Below are positions 16,205 through 26,366 of a DNA stretch of 35,852 nt, piece after piece. The position numbers and the translations under genes were made by a program. The stretch is from Candidatus Methylomirabilota bacterium. Lineage in GTDB: Bacteria; Methylomirabilota; Methylomirabilia; Rokubacteriales; CSP1-6. Below the pieces are notes generated by a model. That model saw only the letters and a program-made list of their open reading frames with translations, did no database searches and was not told where the DNA came from. The DNA is taken from assembly GCA_035635755.1 (NCBI GenBank), contig DASQAK010000264.1, forward strand, positions 1 to 35,852. Direction: 5' to 3'. Positions within the stretch are counted from its first letter, which is position 1. Every line of letters begins with the position of its first letter.

Positions 16205-17311
16205 TCAGGGGGCTGCCAGAGTCTTGTCCAGGATTTCCAGAAGTCGAGTATTGTCCTCGGGCCGCCCGATGGCGATCCGAAGGTGCCCCGGGAAGCCCAC
16301 CGCTTCCCCGTCTCGCACCAGGATGCCCGCCTTGAGCAGCGCGGCGGCGAGCTCGCGCGACTGCGCACCGACTTTCGGCAGGAGAAAGTTCGCCTGGGAG
16401 GGCGGCGCCGGACAGCCGCGCCGGGCGAACTCGGCCAGGAGGCGCGGACGTTCCGACAGGACTAGCGCGCGCGTGCGCTCGAGATGGGCGCGATCTTCGA
16501 GGGCGGCCACCGCCGCGACCTGGGCGAAGCGGTTGACGTTGTAGGGCGCGCGGACGCGGTTGAGCCAGCCCATGATCTCGGGCGACCCCACGAGATAGCC
16601 CACGCGAAGGCCGGCGAGCGCGGCGATCTTGGAGAACGTGCGGAGCGCGATCAGCCGTGGCCGCCGCCTCGCCAGCGCCACCCCGTCGGGGGTCTCCGGG
16701 TCATCGGAGAAGTCCCGGTACGCCTCGTCGAGGATCACGAGCGGGCTGTCATCGCCGAGCCTCTCCAGGAACTGGTCGAGGGGCCCTCTCCGGATGATCG
16801 TCGTGGCGGGATTGTGCGGCGTGCACAGGAAGATGGCCTTGGTCTTGGGCCCCACGCGCGCAAGCATGGCGTCGAGGTCGGTGTCGTACCCGCGGAGCGG
16901 GACTTCCACCGGCGTGGCCCCGGACAGACGCGCCTCGATCCCATAAGGCTCGAAGGCCGGCTTCGGCATGAGGATCTCGTCCCCGGGCTCGAAGGCTGCG
17001 CGCGCGATCAGCCCGAGCAGCTCGTCTCCGCCATTGCCCGCCATCAGCCAGTCGGGCGGCACGCCGAGCCAGGAGCCCAGGGCCTCACGGAGTCGCGTCG
17101 AGCCCGCGTCCGGGTAGAGATGGGCCCGCACCGCCTCCTGCCTGAGCGCCTCGATCACCAGAGGGGAGGGGCCGAGCGGGTTCTCGTTGGACGAAAGCCG
17201 CACGATGGCCGGCAGTCCGAGCTCCTGAGACAGAGCCTCGAGGGACTTGCCTGCCTCATATGGCGTCACCGACTCGAGGGCCCGTCGCCAGATCCGTCGC
17301 ACGCAAGTCAT
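16205..17311 (-). CDS. hisC: Histidinol-phosphate aminotransferase.
   Basis: SSNENPLGPSP, the PLP-lysine region FSKIAALAGLRVGY and overall class II aminotransferase architecture. Confidence 0.85.
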   Translation of the reverse strand: MTCVRRIWRRALESVTPYEAGKSLEALSQELGLPAIVRLSSNENPLGPSPLVIEALRQEAVRAHLYPDAGSTRLREALGSWLGVPPDWLMAGNGGDELLGLIARAAFEPGDEILMPKPAFEPYGIEARLSGATPVEVPLRGYDTDLDAMLARVGPKTKAIFLCTPHNPATTIIRRGPLDQFLERLGDDSPLVILDEAYRDFSDDPETPDGVALARRRPRLIALRTFSKIAALAGLRVGYLVGSPEIMGWLNRVRAPYNVNRFAQVAAVAALEDRAHLERTRALVLSERPRLLAEFARRGCPAPPSQANFLLPKVGAQSRELAAALLKAGILVRDGEAVGFPGHLRIAIGRPEDNTRLLEILDKTLAAP

Positions 17312-17361
17312 TCTATCCCGCCGTCCAAGTCCGCGCCAGATTTGACATCCCTGATACCGAC

Positions 17362-20082
17362 ATGTACCGTTTCGTCATGTCCACAGACCTTTTCCGCCAG
17401 GTGAAGCGCGTGGAGGTGCAGGCGGAGAGGGGCTTCGACGGGTCGTCCATCGAGCGCGCGGAAAGGAAGCGGCGGCTCCGGCTCGAGCTCCTCCGCCAGC
17501 ACCTGACCTCCAATGTCGACTTCCTCAAGGCGGCACACCTGGGGGGCGCGTCGGGCCAGCAATCGGTGCAGGTCCACGCCGCCTTCATGGATGGATTCCT
17601 CTCGACGCTCTTCCGCCTGACCGTGGACGACGCCAAGCGGGAAGGCACCGCGCCGGCTCCGCTCGTCCTGGTTGCCCTCGGCGGCTATGGGCGCGGAGAG
17701 CTGGGCCCGCTCTCCGACCTCGACCTCATGGTCATCTACGACGGCGCCATGGAGCCTTTCATCCAGCGCGCCACCCAGGGCCTCCTCTACACCCTGTGGG
17801 ACCTGGGCCTCACCGTCGGGCATTCCGTGCGCAGCCTGCCCGACTGCGTGGCCATGGCCACGACGGATTTCCCCTCACGCACCTCCATGCAGGAGGCGCG
17901 GTACCTCGTGGGCGACCGTCGGCTCTTCCAGCGCTTCCGCAAGGTGCTCTCGGCCAACGTCTACCGCAAAGACTTCGGCCAGTTCCTGGAGACGGCGCTC
18001 GCCGAGCGCGACCAGCGCTATCGCAAGTTCGGGGGCTCGCCGTACATGGGCGAGCCCAACGTCAAGGAGTCCGCGGGCGGCCTGCGCGACCTCCACACGG
18101 CCATGTGGCTCGCCTCGACCAAGTTCGGCGCGCGCACCCTCCGTGACCTTTTCGAGAAAGGCATGATCACCGAGCGCGAGCAGCGGCAGACTGACGAGGC
18201 CCTGACCTTCCTCTGGCGGGTACGGAACGAGCTCCACTTCCTCTCCGGCCACAAGAACGACGTGCTCTCGCGCGACATCCAGCCCGAGATCGCCGCGCAC
18301 TTCGGTTACGTCAGCGACGACGATTCCCTCGCCGTCGAGAAGTTCATGCGCGACTACTATCTCCACGCGCGCGTCGTCCACCGGGTGTCGAGCCAGCTGA
18401 TCTTGCGCTGCCAGGAGACGCTCTCGCGTCGCGGTACCGTCCAGCGGCGCCTGCGACAGGAGGCGCTCGCCGACGGTCTCTACGTCATGGACGAGCGCAT
18501 CCATCTCGTGCATCCCGACGGCCGCGACCTGCGCGAGGACCCGGCGCGACTCATGAAGATTTACTGGCACTCGCACCGGCTCGGGCTTGAGCTCGGCGTG
18601 GGCGCCGAGCGGGCGGTCGAGGAGGCATTGGACCTCGTCGACGACCGCTTCCGCCGGTCGCCCGAAGTGCGCGATCTGTTCCTCGACATCTGCCGGAGCT
18701 GGGGGAGGGTAGCCCAGACCCTCCGGTCCATGCACCACGTGGGCTTTCTCGGGCGCTACCTGCCGGAGTTCGGTGCCCTCACCTGTCTGGTGCAGTACGA
18801 CGTCTATCACAAATTCACGGCCGACCAGCACTCGCTCATCGCTGTGGAAAGTCTGGAGGCGCTGGCCCCCGGGGCCTCCACGGAGACCCAGGGCTTGGCC
18901 CAGGTGCTCAACGAGATCGAGCATCCCGACCTCCTGATGCTGGGCATGCTCCTGCACGATATCGGCAAGGGTAAGGGGCACGGGCATGTCGCCAAGGGTA
19001 TCCCGCTCGCCGAGGAGCTGACGGCGCGACTGGGGCTCGCTGGCGATGCCGCGGGCGCCGTGATTTTCCTCGTGGCCAAGCACGTGGCCCTCTCGCACGT
19101 CGCGCAGCGGCGGGACGTCAACGATCCGAAGACCGTGGAGACTCTGGCCGAGATGTGCGGCACCCCGGAGCGCCTGCGCATGCTCTACCTCCTGACTTTC
19201 GCCGACATGCGCGCCGTGGGTCCCGGCGTCATGACGGGCTGGCAGGCGCAGGTGCTCTGGGAGCTGTACTCGGGCGCCATGCGGCGTCTGACGGGAAGCC
19301 GTCCGGAGAGCCTGACGCGGGAGGAGGCGAGCCAGCGCGTGGCCGCGGAGCTGACGGATCCCGCTCTTCGACGCGCGGTGCCGGGGCATCTGGCCATGGT
19401 CTCTGAGCGATACCTCGCCACCACCGCGTCCGCGCGGATGGCCGCGCACATGAGGCTGATCGAGCGGCTGGACGAGGATCCCGTGGCCACGGAGCTCTTC
19501 CATCACCACGATCTCGGCTCCTCCGATCTCGTGATCGTCACCCGCGACGTGCCGGGGCTCTTCTCGCTCATCGCGGGCAGCCTCGCCGCCCACGGCATCA
19601 ACATCCTCTCGGCGCAGATCCACACGCGGGCCGACGGCATCGCCATCGATACCTTCCAGGTCAATGATCCGTTCGGCGAGGCCGTCACCGAGGAGGCGCG
19701 CTGGCGCCGCACCCTCGAATCCCTCCGCCGCGCGGTGCTGGGCGAGCAGCCCATCGAGGCGCTGCTCGCGGCGCGCAAGGGGGCGCGATCGGAGCACGCC
19801 GCGGCGCCGGGGCCGCCCAAGGTCTCCGTGGACAATCACCTCTCGGACACGCATACGGTGGTCGAGGTCAAGTGCCCCGACCGCGTCGGCCTTCTCTACC
19901 TCATCACCGTCACCCTCTCGAAGCTCGGCCTCAGTATCGCGAGCGCGCGCATCGCCACCGATATCGACCACGCCTTCGACACCTTCTACGTGGTGGACCG
20001 GCGGGGCCGGCGCATCGAGGACTCCGACGAGATGGCCCGGATCCGGGCAGCGCTGGAAGACGCCCTGCTGAAGCCGTGCTAG
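17362..20082 (+). CDS. glnD: Bifunctional [protein-PII] uridylyltransferase/uridylyl-removing enzyme GlnD.
   Basis: Nucleotidyltransferase motif LVALGGYGRGELGPLSDLDLMVIY. HD domain (LLHDIGKG). Two C-terminal ACT-like domains. The track ORF starts at 17260 inside hisC; the first plausible ATG is 17362. Confidence 0.85.
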   Translation: MYRFVMSTDLFRQVKRVEVQAERGFDGSSIERAERKRRLRLELLRQHLTSNVDFLKAAHLGGASGQQSVQVHAAFMDGFLSTLFRLTVDDAKREGTAPAPLVLVALGGYGRGELGPLSDLDLMVIYDGAMEPFIQRATQGLLYTLWDLGLTVGHSVRSLPDCVAMATTDFPSRTSMQEARYLVGDRRLFQRFRKVLSANVYRKDFGQFLETALAERDQRYRKFGGSPYMGEPNVKESAGGLRDLHTAMWLASTKFGARTLRDLFEKGMITEREQRQTDEALTFLWRVRNELHFLSGHKNDVLSRDIQPEIAAHFGYVSDDDSLAVEKFMRDYYLHARVVHRVSSQLILRCQETLSRRGTVQRRLRQEALADGLYVMDERIHLVHPDGRDLREDPARLMKIYWHSHRLGLELGVGAERAVEEALDLVDDRFRRSPEVRDLFLDICRSWGRVAQTLRSMHHVGFLGRYLPEFGALTCLVQYDVYHKFTADQHSLIAVESLEALAPGASTETQGLAQVLNEIEHPDLLMLGMLLHDIGKGKGHGHVAKGIPLAEELTARLGLAGDAAGAVIFLVAKHVALSHVAQRRDVNDPKTVETLAEMCGTPERLRMLYLLTFADMRAVGPGVMTGWQAQVLWELYSGAMRRLTGSRPESLTREEASQRVAAELTDPALRRAVPGHLAMVSERYLATTASARMAAHMRLIERLDEDPVATELFHHHDLGSSDLVIVTRDVPGLFSLIAGSLAAHGINILSAQIHTRADGIAIDTFQVNDPFGEAVTEEARWRRTLESLRRAVLGEQPIEALLAARKGARSEHAAAPGPPKVSVDNHLSDTHTVVEVKCPDRVGLLYLITVTLSKLGLSIASARIATDIDHAFDTFYVVDRRGRRIEDSDEMARIRAALEDALLKPC

Positions 20083-20663
20083 GCCACTACAAGGCCCCCC
20101 TCCACCGGCTCTTCGATCCCGTGGCGAAGCTTCTCTTCCGGGCCCGCCTCCGCCCCAATCACCTGACGGTGGCGGGACTGGGCGTGAGCATCGCCGCAGC
20201 CTACGTTTTCTCCATGGGGCGGCTGCGCTGGGGCGCCGTCCTTCTCGCCGTGGCCGGGCTCTTCGATTTCTTCGACGGCGCGGTGGCGCGCCTCGCCGGC
20301 TCGGACAGCGACTATGGCGCCTTTCTGGATTCCGTGGTGGACCGCTACTCGGATCTCGCCGTGCTCCTGGGCATCCTCGTCTACTACGAGACGCGGGGTG
20401 ACACCACTGGCTCCATCGCCACCATGGCCACGCTCGCCGGCACCTTCATGGTCAGCTATACCAAGGCGCGGGCCCAGTCCATCGGTCTCCGCTGCGAGGT
20501 CGGCATCATGGAGCGCCCCGAGCGACTCATCACCCTGATCGCGGGCGCCACCTTCCTCGTGCTCACGCCCATCATGGTGCTGCTCGCCGTCCTCACCAAT
20601 GTCACGGCCGTCCAGCGCATCATCTACACGCGCCGGATCGCCCGGGATCTGACGCTGCGGTAG
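20076..20663 (+). CDS. CDP-alcohol phosphatidyltransferase family protein (start uncertain: GTG 20076 or GTG 20121).
   Basis: PNHLTVAGLGVSIAAAYVF, the DFFDGAVAR...DSVVDRYSD motif (D-G-x2-A-R...D-x3-D) and multiple TM helices. Confidence 0.7.
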   Translation: MLGHYKAPLHRLFDPVAKLLFRARLRPNHLTVAGLGVSIAAAYVFSMGRLRWGAVLLAVAGLFDFFDGAVARLAGSDSDYGAFLDSVVDRYSDLAVLLGILVYYETRGDTTGSIATMATLAGTFMVSYTKARAQSIGLRCEVGIMERPERLITLIAGATFLVLTPIMVLLAVLTNVTAVQRIIYTRRIARDLTLR

Positions 20664-20672
20664 ACTCGCCAT

Positions 20673-22766
20673 ATGCGGCGCGCGTGCACGGCCGTCGTGT
20701 GTGTCCTCTTCGTGGCCCTCCTCGCGTCCGTGTCCACGGCGGCGGGGCCCGCGCCCGTCCGCCTCGCCCCCGAGACGCGCGACCGCTTTGCCGCGGCTCT
20801 GCAGAGCTATCGGGCGGGCGACTGGGCGACGGCCACCCGCGAGCTCGCCGACATCGCGCGCTCGGCGGCCCCCATCGGCGACTACGCGCTCCTCTACCAG
20901 GCGGAAAGCCTGGCGCGCCTGGGTGACGCCGCGGGCGCGCGCGTGGTTGCCCAGCAGATCCCCGACCAGTGGCCCGAGAGCCGCGCCGTGCCCGCCGCGC
21001 TCATCCTCGCCGCCGAGCAGGCCTCGCGCGCGGGCGACGAGGCGGGGGCTGCGGCTCTCTGGCGCCGCGTCCTCGATCGCTTCCCGGATCTGCCCGATCT
21101 CCCGCGCGTGCGCCTGGCCTGGGCGCAGGCCCTCGCCAGTGCCGGGCGACTCGGCGAGGCCGCCGCGGCGTACCGCGAGCTGTGGCTCCTCCTCCCTGGC
21201 TCACCGCAGGGCGACGCGGCGGCGCGCGAGCTCCGCGCCCTCGAGGGACGCGGCGTGCCCGTGGCCGCGCCCACCCCGGTCCAGCGCGTGGAGCGCGCCG
21301 AGCGGCTCGTGGCGGCGGGAACGGCGGAGGCGGCGCGCAGCGAAGCCGATCTCCTCCTCGGGGAGCGGCCCTCGACGGAAGTGGCGCTGCGCGCCCTTCA
21401 CGTGGTCATGGAAGCCTCGCGCCGCCTCAATCGCGATGACGCCGCGCTGCTCGCCGTCAACCGGGCTCTCGCCCTCGCCCCCGCCGACAAGCGCGCGCCC
21501 TGGATCCTCGACTCCGCGAAGATCCAGCAGAAGAAGAATCGCGAGGGCGCCATCGTGCAGCTCGACCGGCTCCTCGCCGCCGAGCCCAAGAGCGCGGAGG
21601 CGCCGGAGGCCTTGCTGCTCAAGGCGCGCCTCCTGGGGGCGGGGAGCGCGCCCAAGTCGGCGGAGCCCGTCTACGTCAAGCTGGCCCAGAGCTATCCGGA
21701 GAGTGACGAGGGCTTGGCCGCGTCATGGCGGCTCGGCTGGCTCTCGTGGCTGCGCGGGGACTACGGAGAGGCGGTCGAGCGGTGGGGTCGCATTTCCTCG
21801 GTCCGCACGGCGAGCCAGGGGTATCGGGACGCCTCGACCTACTGGATCGGCCGCGCCCACGCGGAGCTCGGCCAGACCGAGGCCGCGACCCGTCAGTTCA
21901 CCCAGCTCATCGCGGAGGCGCCGCGCAGCTACTACGGGATCCTCGCCTCCCGCCGGGCCCCGCACGTCCAGCCGGGCCCGGGACGCAATCCCTCCTCCGC
22001 CCAGCTCGCGGCATCGCTGCCCGCAGACCCTCGCGAGATGCTCCAGGCCGAGGCGCCATGGGCGCGCGTCGAAGCGCTGCGGGCGGTGGGGCTCGGCGAC
22101 TACGCCGACGACGAGATGGACTCCATGGTCCGGCGGTCCGCCGACAATCCACGGCGGCTCTATGCGCTCTCCGCCGCCTATGCCCAGGAGTCGCGCTTCT
22201 ACCTCTCCCTGCGCATCCTGCGGCGGAACTTCCTCGGGGTGGCGCGGAGCGCGCCGCCCGTGCCGCGGACCTTCTGGGATCTCTTCTATCCGATGGGCTG
22301 GCGCAATGAGCTGACCGACGCCGCCTCGCGAGCGGCCCTCGACCCGTACTTCGTGGCGGCCATCGTACGCGAGGAGTCCTCGTTCCATCCGCAGGCACGC
22401 TCGCGCGTGGGGGCGCGCGGGCTCATGCAGCTCATGCCCGCCACGGCGCGCCAGCTCGTCAAGAGCCGCGGGCTTCCCACGAGCGAGGAGGCACTGGACG
22501 ACCCAGCGGTCAATCTCGTCCTGGGCAGCGCCTACCTGGGGGTGCTCATGAAGGAGTTCGGCGAGCCCCGCCTGGCCGTGGCCGCCTACAATGCCGGCCC
22601 CACGAGCGTGCGCGAGTGGTGGAAGGGCCGCCCCACGGAGGACCTCGAAGTGTGGGTCGAGCTCATCCCCTACGACGAGACCCGCCGCTTCGTCCGGCGG
22701 GTCATGCTCGCCTGGGAAGAGTATCGTCGTCTCTACGCTCCGGCGGCAGGGAACGTCAAGCCATGA
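20673..22766 (+). CDS. Soluble lytic murein transglycosylase (Slt70-like: signal peptide, superhelical TPR-like domain, C-terminal SLT domain).
   Basis: Signal peptide MRRACTAVVCVLFVALLASVSTAAG. Catalytic ES motif AIVREESSFHPQARSRVGARGLMQLMPATA. AYNAGP motif. Confidence 0.85.
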   Translation: MRRACTAVVCVLFVALLASVSTAAGPAPVRLAPETRDRFAAALQSYRAGDWATATRELADIARSAAPIGDYALLYQAESLARLGDAAGARVVAQQIPDQWPESRAVPAALILAAEQASRAGDEAGAAALWRRVLDRFPDLPDLPRVRLAWAQALASAGRLGEAAAAYRELWLLLPGSPQGDAAARELRALEGRGVPVAAPTPVQRVERAERLVAAGTAEAARSEADLLLGERPSTEVALRALHVVMEASRRLNRDDAALLAVNRALALAPADKRAPWILDSAKIQQKKNREGAIVQLDRLLAAEPKSAEAPEALLLKARLLGAGSAPKSAEPVYVKLAQSYPESDEGLAASWRLGWLSWLRGDYGEAVERWGRISSVRTASQGYRDASTYWIGRAHAELGQTEAATRQFTQLIAEAPRSYYGILASRRAPHVQPGPGRNPSSAQLAASLPADPREMLQAEAPWARVEALRAVGLGDYADDEMDSMVRRSADNPRRLYALSAAYAQESRFYLSLRILRRNFLGVARSAPPVPRTFWDLFYPMGWRNELTDAASRAALDPYFVAAIVREESSFHPQARSRVGARGLMQLMPATARQLVKSRGLPTSEEALDDPAVNLVLGSAYLGVLMKEFGEPRLAVAAYNAGPTSVREWWKGRPTEDLEVWVELIPYDETRRFVRRVMLAWEEYRRLYAPAAGNVKP

Positions 22767-23269
22767 CGGAGCTGGTGGCGGCCGGCTTCTGGCGTCGCCT
22801 CGCCGCGCACTTCCTGGACTGTCTCGTCGGCTTCGGCGCCTGGCTCCTGGGCTCGATGTGGCTCTTGATCGGCGTCTGGGAGCTTCGCGGTGCCCCGACC
22901 GATCTGCGAGAGATCTTCGTGCTAGCCCTGGCCGTGCCCGCCTTCGCGGTGGTTCTCCACCTCGCCTACCACGTTCTCATGCTCGTCGCGTGCGGCCAGA
23001 CGCTGGGCAAGATGGCCGTCGGCGTGATCGTCGTGCGCCGCGACGGCGGTCCCGTCGGGGCGCTGGCGGCTTGCCTCCGCTGTCTGGGCGGCCTTCTCTC
23101 CGCCGCCACCCTGGGATTGGGCTATGTGGGCATCCTGGTGACGCCGCAGCGACGCGGGCTGGCGGACATGCTGGCGGGTACGCGGGTCGTGGACGCGCGC
23201 TCGGCGCACGCGGTGGCGGAGCATGAGCCGGAAGCGCCGACGGTGATCGAGCACCGGCTCAGCGCCTGA
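22763..23269 (+). CDS. RDD-family membrane protein.
   Basis: ATGA start/stop overlap with the slt stop. Two TM segments plus the RDD motif. Confidence 0.7.
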   Translation: MTELVAAGFWRRLAAHFLDCLVGFGAWLLGSMWLLIGVWELRGAPTDLREIFVLALAVPAFAVVLHLAYHVLMLVACGQTLGKMAVGVIVVRRDGGPVGALAACLRCLGGLLSAATLGLGYVGILVTPQRRGLADMLAGTRVVDARSAHAVAEHEPEAPTVIEHRLSA

Positions 23270-23285
23270 CGGACGCCCCGCGCCG

Positions 23286-23975
23286 TCACCGCTTCTTGTC
23301 AGGGACCTCGGCGACGGCGGCCGGCTCGAGCGGCTCGAGCGCCTTGAGTCGGGCCTCGAGGGTGGGATGGGTGTCGAGTACGCTCCCGCCCTCGTCGCGA
23401 GTGCGGACGAGCACGGCGTCCACCGCGCGGAGCGACTCGGCGAGGCTCCGGCGCGGCGCGTGATTGCCCATGGCGCGAAGGATCTCGATGGCCCGCTGGT
23501 CGGCGGCGAGCTCTTGCTGGCGCGAGAACGCGCGTACCACGAGAGGATTGACGACGAAGTCGAGGAGTCCCACGCCGGGGGCAAAGAAACCCGCGGTGCC
23601 GAAACCGGCGTTGAGCGACAGTGCGAGGCGTCGGCGAGTGCCCACGTGATCGAGGACCTCGTGGGCGACCTCGTGGGCGACGGCGGCCTCGAGCACCGGG
23701 CTCGGGAGCCGGGCCAGACCGTCCGTGATGTAGAAGGTCGCGCCCTCGTCCGTGTAGGCCGCGGCGTGCTGGCTCTTGATGAAGGCGAAGCTGTAGCGCG
23801 TGGGATCGTCACCGGCTGCCACGGCGGCGCGGTGCAGGATATGAGCGACACGGACCGTGTTCGGATCCGCGGGTGAGGGATAGTACGTGCCCGCGGGCAG
23901 GGAGGCACAGCCGGCCGACCATGCGGCCACGACGAGGATGACGAGCAGGGCGCGCTGTCGCATCGGGGGAAACAT
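23286..23975 (-). CDS. M48-family Zn-metallopeptidase lipoprotein.
   Basis: Lipobox-like signal (VVAAWSAGCAS) and HEVAHEVLDH (HExxH) motif. Confidence 0.8.
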   Translation of the reverse strand: MFPPMRQRALLVILVVAAWSAGCASLPAGTYYPSPADPNTVRVAHILHRAAVAAGDDPTRYSFAFIKSQHAAAYTDEGATFYITDGLARLPSPVLEAAVAHEVAHEVLDHVGTRRRLALSLNAGFGTAGFFAPGVGLLDFVVNPLVVRAFSRQQELAADQRAIEILRAMGNHAPRRSLAESLRAVDAVLVRTRDEGGSVLDTHPTLEARLKALEPLEPAAVAEVPDKKR

Positions 23976-24020
23976 CCTATCGCCCCCCCCTTCTCGAAAT
24001 CAAGAAAACTGCGAGGGGCG

Positions 24021-24575
24021 TCAGGGGTCGTCGGGGCGGATCGTCTCCCACTCCGCCTCGAACGCCCTGGCCAGGGCTGCGCAATCGAGGGCCAGGACAT
24101 TCTCCCGGTTCCGGCGCTCCGCCCCCTCGGTCCAGTTGAAGCTCCCCGTGACGACCCAGCGGCCGTCCACGATCACGAACTTGTCATGGAGCAGGCGCCC
24201 GACGCGGGAGACCTCCACCTCGATGCCGGCCGCGCGCAGCCGGGACAAGAGCGTGGCCTGGGTCTTGCCCGCGCTCTGGACATGATCAGCCTTGATGAAG
24301 ACGCGAACGCCGGACTGGGCCAGGTCCAGGAGCGCCTGCTCGATCTTGCGGCTGGTCAGCCCGTAGATCGCGATGTGCACCGAGACGCGGGCCTGGGCGA
24401 GGGTGTCGACGACGAGGGCCTCGGCGCCGCCATGGGGAGAGAAGCGGGCGGTCCCCGGGCAGCTGAATTCCACTTCCGGAGGGTGCTGGGCGTGGGAGGC
24501 GAAAGCCGGACGGGAAGCGGGGGCGAGAAGCGTCAGCGCGAGCGCCCACCCTGCCCATGGCCGGGGCCGGATCAC
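24021..24575 (-). CDS. Secreted phospholipase-D-like / Nuc-family (HKD) nuclease domain protein.
   Basis: Signal peptide. HKD motif HDKFVIVDGRWVVTGSFNWTEGAERRNRENV (HxK-x4-D-x6-GSxN). Confidence 0.8.
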   Translation of the reverse strand: MIRPRPWAGWALALTLLAPASRPAFASHAQHPPEVEFSCPGTARFSPHGGAEALVVDTLAQARVSVHIAIYGLTSRKIEQALLDLAQSGVRVFIKADHVQSAGKTQATLLSRLRAAGIEVEVSRVGRLLHDKFVIVDGRWVVTGSFNWTEGAERRNRENVLALDCAALARAFEAEWETIRPDDP

Positions 24576-24689
24576 CCGGTCATTATCTCAATGGGGGTGC
24601 GCAGGCCCAAGGTTTCCGGGCTGAGCGAACCTCTTCCCGCGCGAACCTGTTAGGATGATCGAGGAGTCAAAGGGGAGGGAGGTCAACCC

Positions 24690-25652
24690 ATGCTGATCAA
24701 GCGTGACCAGGACAGGAAACTGCGCGGCGAGGACATTCCCTCCTCGGAGATCACCGCGGAGCGGCTCTATCTCGACCGCCGGGCCTTCATTGCAGGAGCG
24801 GCCGCGCTGGCCCTGGCCCCGTCCGGGGTGAGAGCCGAGAGTCATCTCGCCCCGCTCAAGGCGACCAAGAACCCGGCCTTCACGCTGCCCGATGCGTTGA
24901 CCTCCTACAAAAACGTCACCTCCTACAACAACTTCTATGAGTTCGGCACCAACAAGGAGGACCCGGAGCGCCTGCAGGCCTCGCTGAAGACGCGGCCGTG
25001 GACAGTCAAGGTCGAGGGGCTCTGCGCCAAGCCCAAGAGCTTCGACATCGAGGAGCTCCTGAAGTTCTCCCTCGAGGAGCGCGTCTACCGGCTCCGCTGC
25101 GTGGAGGCGTGGTCCATGGTCATTCCGTGGATCGGCTTTCCCCTGAAGGATCTGCTCAAGCGCGTGGAGCCCACGGGCCAGGCCAAGTACGTCGAGTTCA
25201 CCACCCTCGTCAACCCCGACATGTTTCCCGGGCAGAAGCGGGGATTCTTCGGCTTCTCCCTCGACTGGCCCTACACCGAGGGGCTCCGGCTCGACGAGGC
25301 GATGCACCCGCTCACCCTCATGACCGTCGGGCTCTACGGCCAGGTGCTGCCGAACCAGAACGGCGCGCCGTTCCGCGTGGTAGTGCCGTGGAAGTACGGC
25401 TTCAAGAGCGGCAAGTCCATCGTGAAGATTCGCCTGACCGCGGACGAGCCCAAGACCGCCTGGAACAAGGCGGCGCCGAGCGAGTACGGCTTCTATTCGA
25501 ACGTGAACCCGCAGGTCGACCATCCGCGCTGGAGCCAGGCGACGGAGCGACGCATTCCCGAGGTGCGTCGCCGGGAGACCCTCATGTTCAACGGGTACGG
25601 CGATCAGGTCGCGTCGATGTACACGGGGATGGACCTGAAGAAGTTCTACTAG
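24690..25652 (+). CDS. msrP: Protein-methionine-sulfoxide reductase catalytic subunit MsrP (YedY; molybdopterin, Tat-exported).
   Basis: Tat-like [14 protein letters not shown] signal. Motifs [14 protein letters not shown] and [13 protein letters not shown]. Confidence 0.9.
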   Translation: MLIKRDQDRKLRGEDIPSSEITAERLYLDRRAFIAGAAALALAPSGVRAESHLAPLKATKNPAFTLPDALTSYKNVTSYNNFYEFGTNKEDPERLQASLKTRPWTVKVEGLCAKPKSFDIEELLKFSLEERVYRLRCVEAWSMVIPWIGFPLKDLLKRVEPTGQAKYVEFTTLVNPDMFPGQKRGFFGFSLDWPYTEGLRLDEAMHPLTLMTVGLYGQVLPNQNGAPFRVVVPWKYGFKSGKSIVKIRLTADEPKTAWNKAAPSEYGFYSNVNPQVDHPRWSQATERRIPEVRRRETLMFNGYGDQVASMYTGMDLKKFY

Positions 25653-25659
25653 GACTCGC

Positions 25660-26352
25660 GTGACGTATCGCGGTCGGCTCGTCCTCAAGGCCGCCGTCTG
25701 GGTGGCCAGCCTCTGGCCGCTCGGCGTGCTGGTGCGCGGCTGGCTCGCGGACGATCTCACCGCCAATCCCATCGATTACATCACGCGCACCCTGGGGCTC
25801 ACCGCCCTCGTCCTGCTTCTCGCGAGCCTCGGCATGACTCCGCTGCGCATTCTGTTCCGCTGGTCCTGGCCCATCCAGCTCCGGCGACTCCTCGGCCTCC
25901 TGGCTTTCTTCTACATCTGTGTGCACTTCTCCGTCTGGATAGGTCTCGACCATTTCTTCGCCTGGAAACGCATGGGACAGGACGTCCTCAAGCGGCCCTT
26001 CATCACGGTGGGCGTGCTCGCCCTCGCGCTGCTCACTCCGCTCGCCATCACCTCGACGCAGGGCATGATCAAGCGCCTGGGGGGCGCCCGATGGCGGCTG
26101 CTCCACCGCCTCGTCTATGTGGCGGGCGTGCTGGGGGTGCTCCACTTCCTGTGGCTGGCCAAGAAGGGTCGTACCACGCCCTACTACTACGCCATCGTGC
26201 TCGGGGTCCTGCTGGCCGTGCGCCTCTGGGACTGGGGACGGGGGCGGGTGATCTCGAGAGCCCCTAAAAACGAACCCTCTCCCCCACTGGGGGAGAGGGC
26301 CGCGGTTCGAGCTGAGACGCTCGCTTCGAGCGACGAGGCGAGGGCTGAGTAA
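25660..26352 (+). CDS. msrQ: MsrQ (YedZ) haem-binding membrane subunit. The C-terminal ~25 codons are encoded by repeat copy R3.
   Basis: Six-TM ferric-reductase-like protein with conserved His residues immediately downstream of msrP. GTG start 25660. The tail ...APKNEPSPPLGERAAVRAETLASSDEARAE overlaps the repeat. Confidence 0.8.
   Translation: MTYRGRLVLKAAVWVASLWPLGVLVRGWLADDLTANPIDYITRTLGLTALVLLLASLGMTPLRILFRWSWPIQLRRLLGLLAFFYICVHFSVWIGLDHFFAWKRMGQDVLKRPFITVGVLALALLTPLAITSTQGMIKRLGGARWRLLHRLVYVAGVLGVLHFLWLAKKGRTTPYYYAIVLGVLLAVRLWDWGRGRVISRAPKNEPSPPLGERAAVRAETLASSDEARAE
26271..26350 (+). repeat. Short variant of the structured repeat, copy R3. GC hairpin head CCCTCTCCCCC-N5-GGGGAGAGGG plus forward unit.
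   Basis: Near-identical head and unit to the copy at 33333-33415. Lies at the msrQ 3' end, before the convergent nfu gene. Confidence 0.7.
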
Positions 26353-26366
26353 AAGAGCCTCAGGCG

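Noticed and set aside
17875-19971. 698-aa minus-strand ORF.
   Set aside because: Entirely antisense to glnD (nucleotidyltransferase, HD and ACT motifs are on the plus strand).
20701-22314. 537-aa plus-strand ORF in an alternative frame, plus minus-strand ORFs 21723..22388 and 21907..22398.
   Set aside because: Overlaps Slt70 (signal peptide plus SLT catalytic motif in frame 20673). The product is Ser/Arg/Pro low-complexity.
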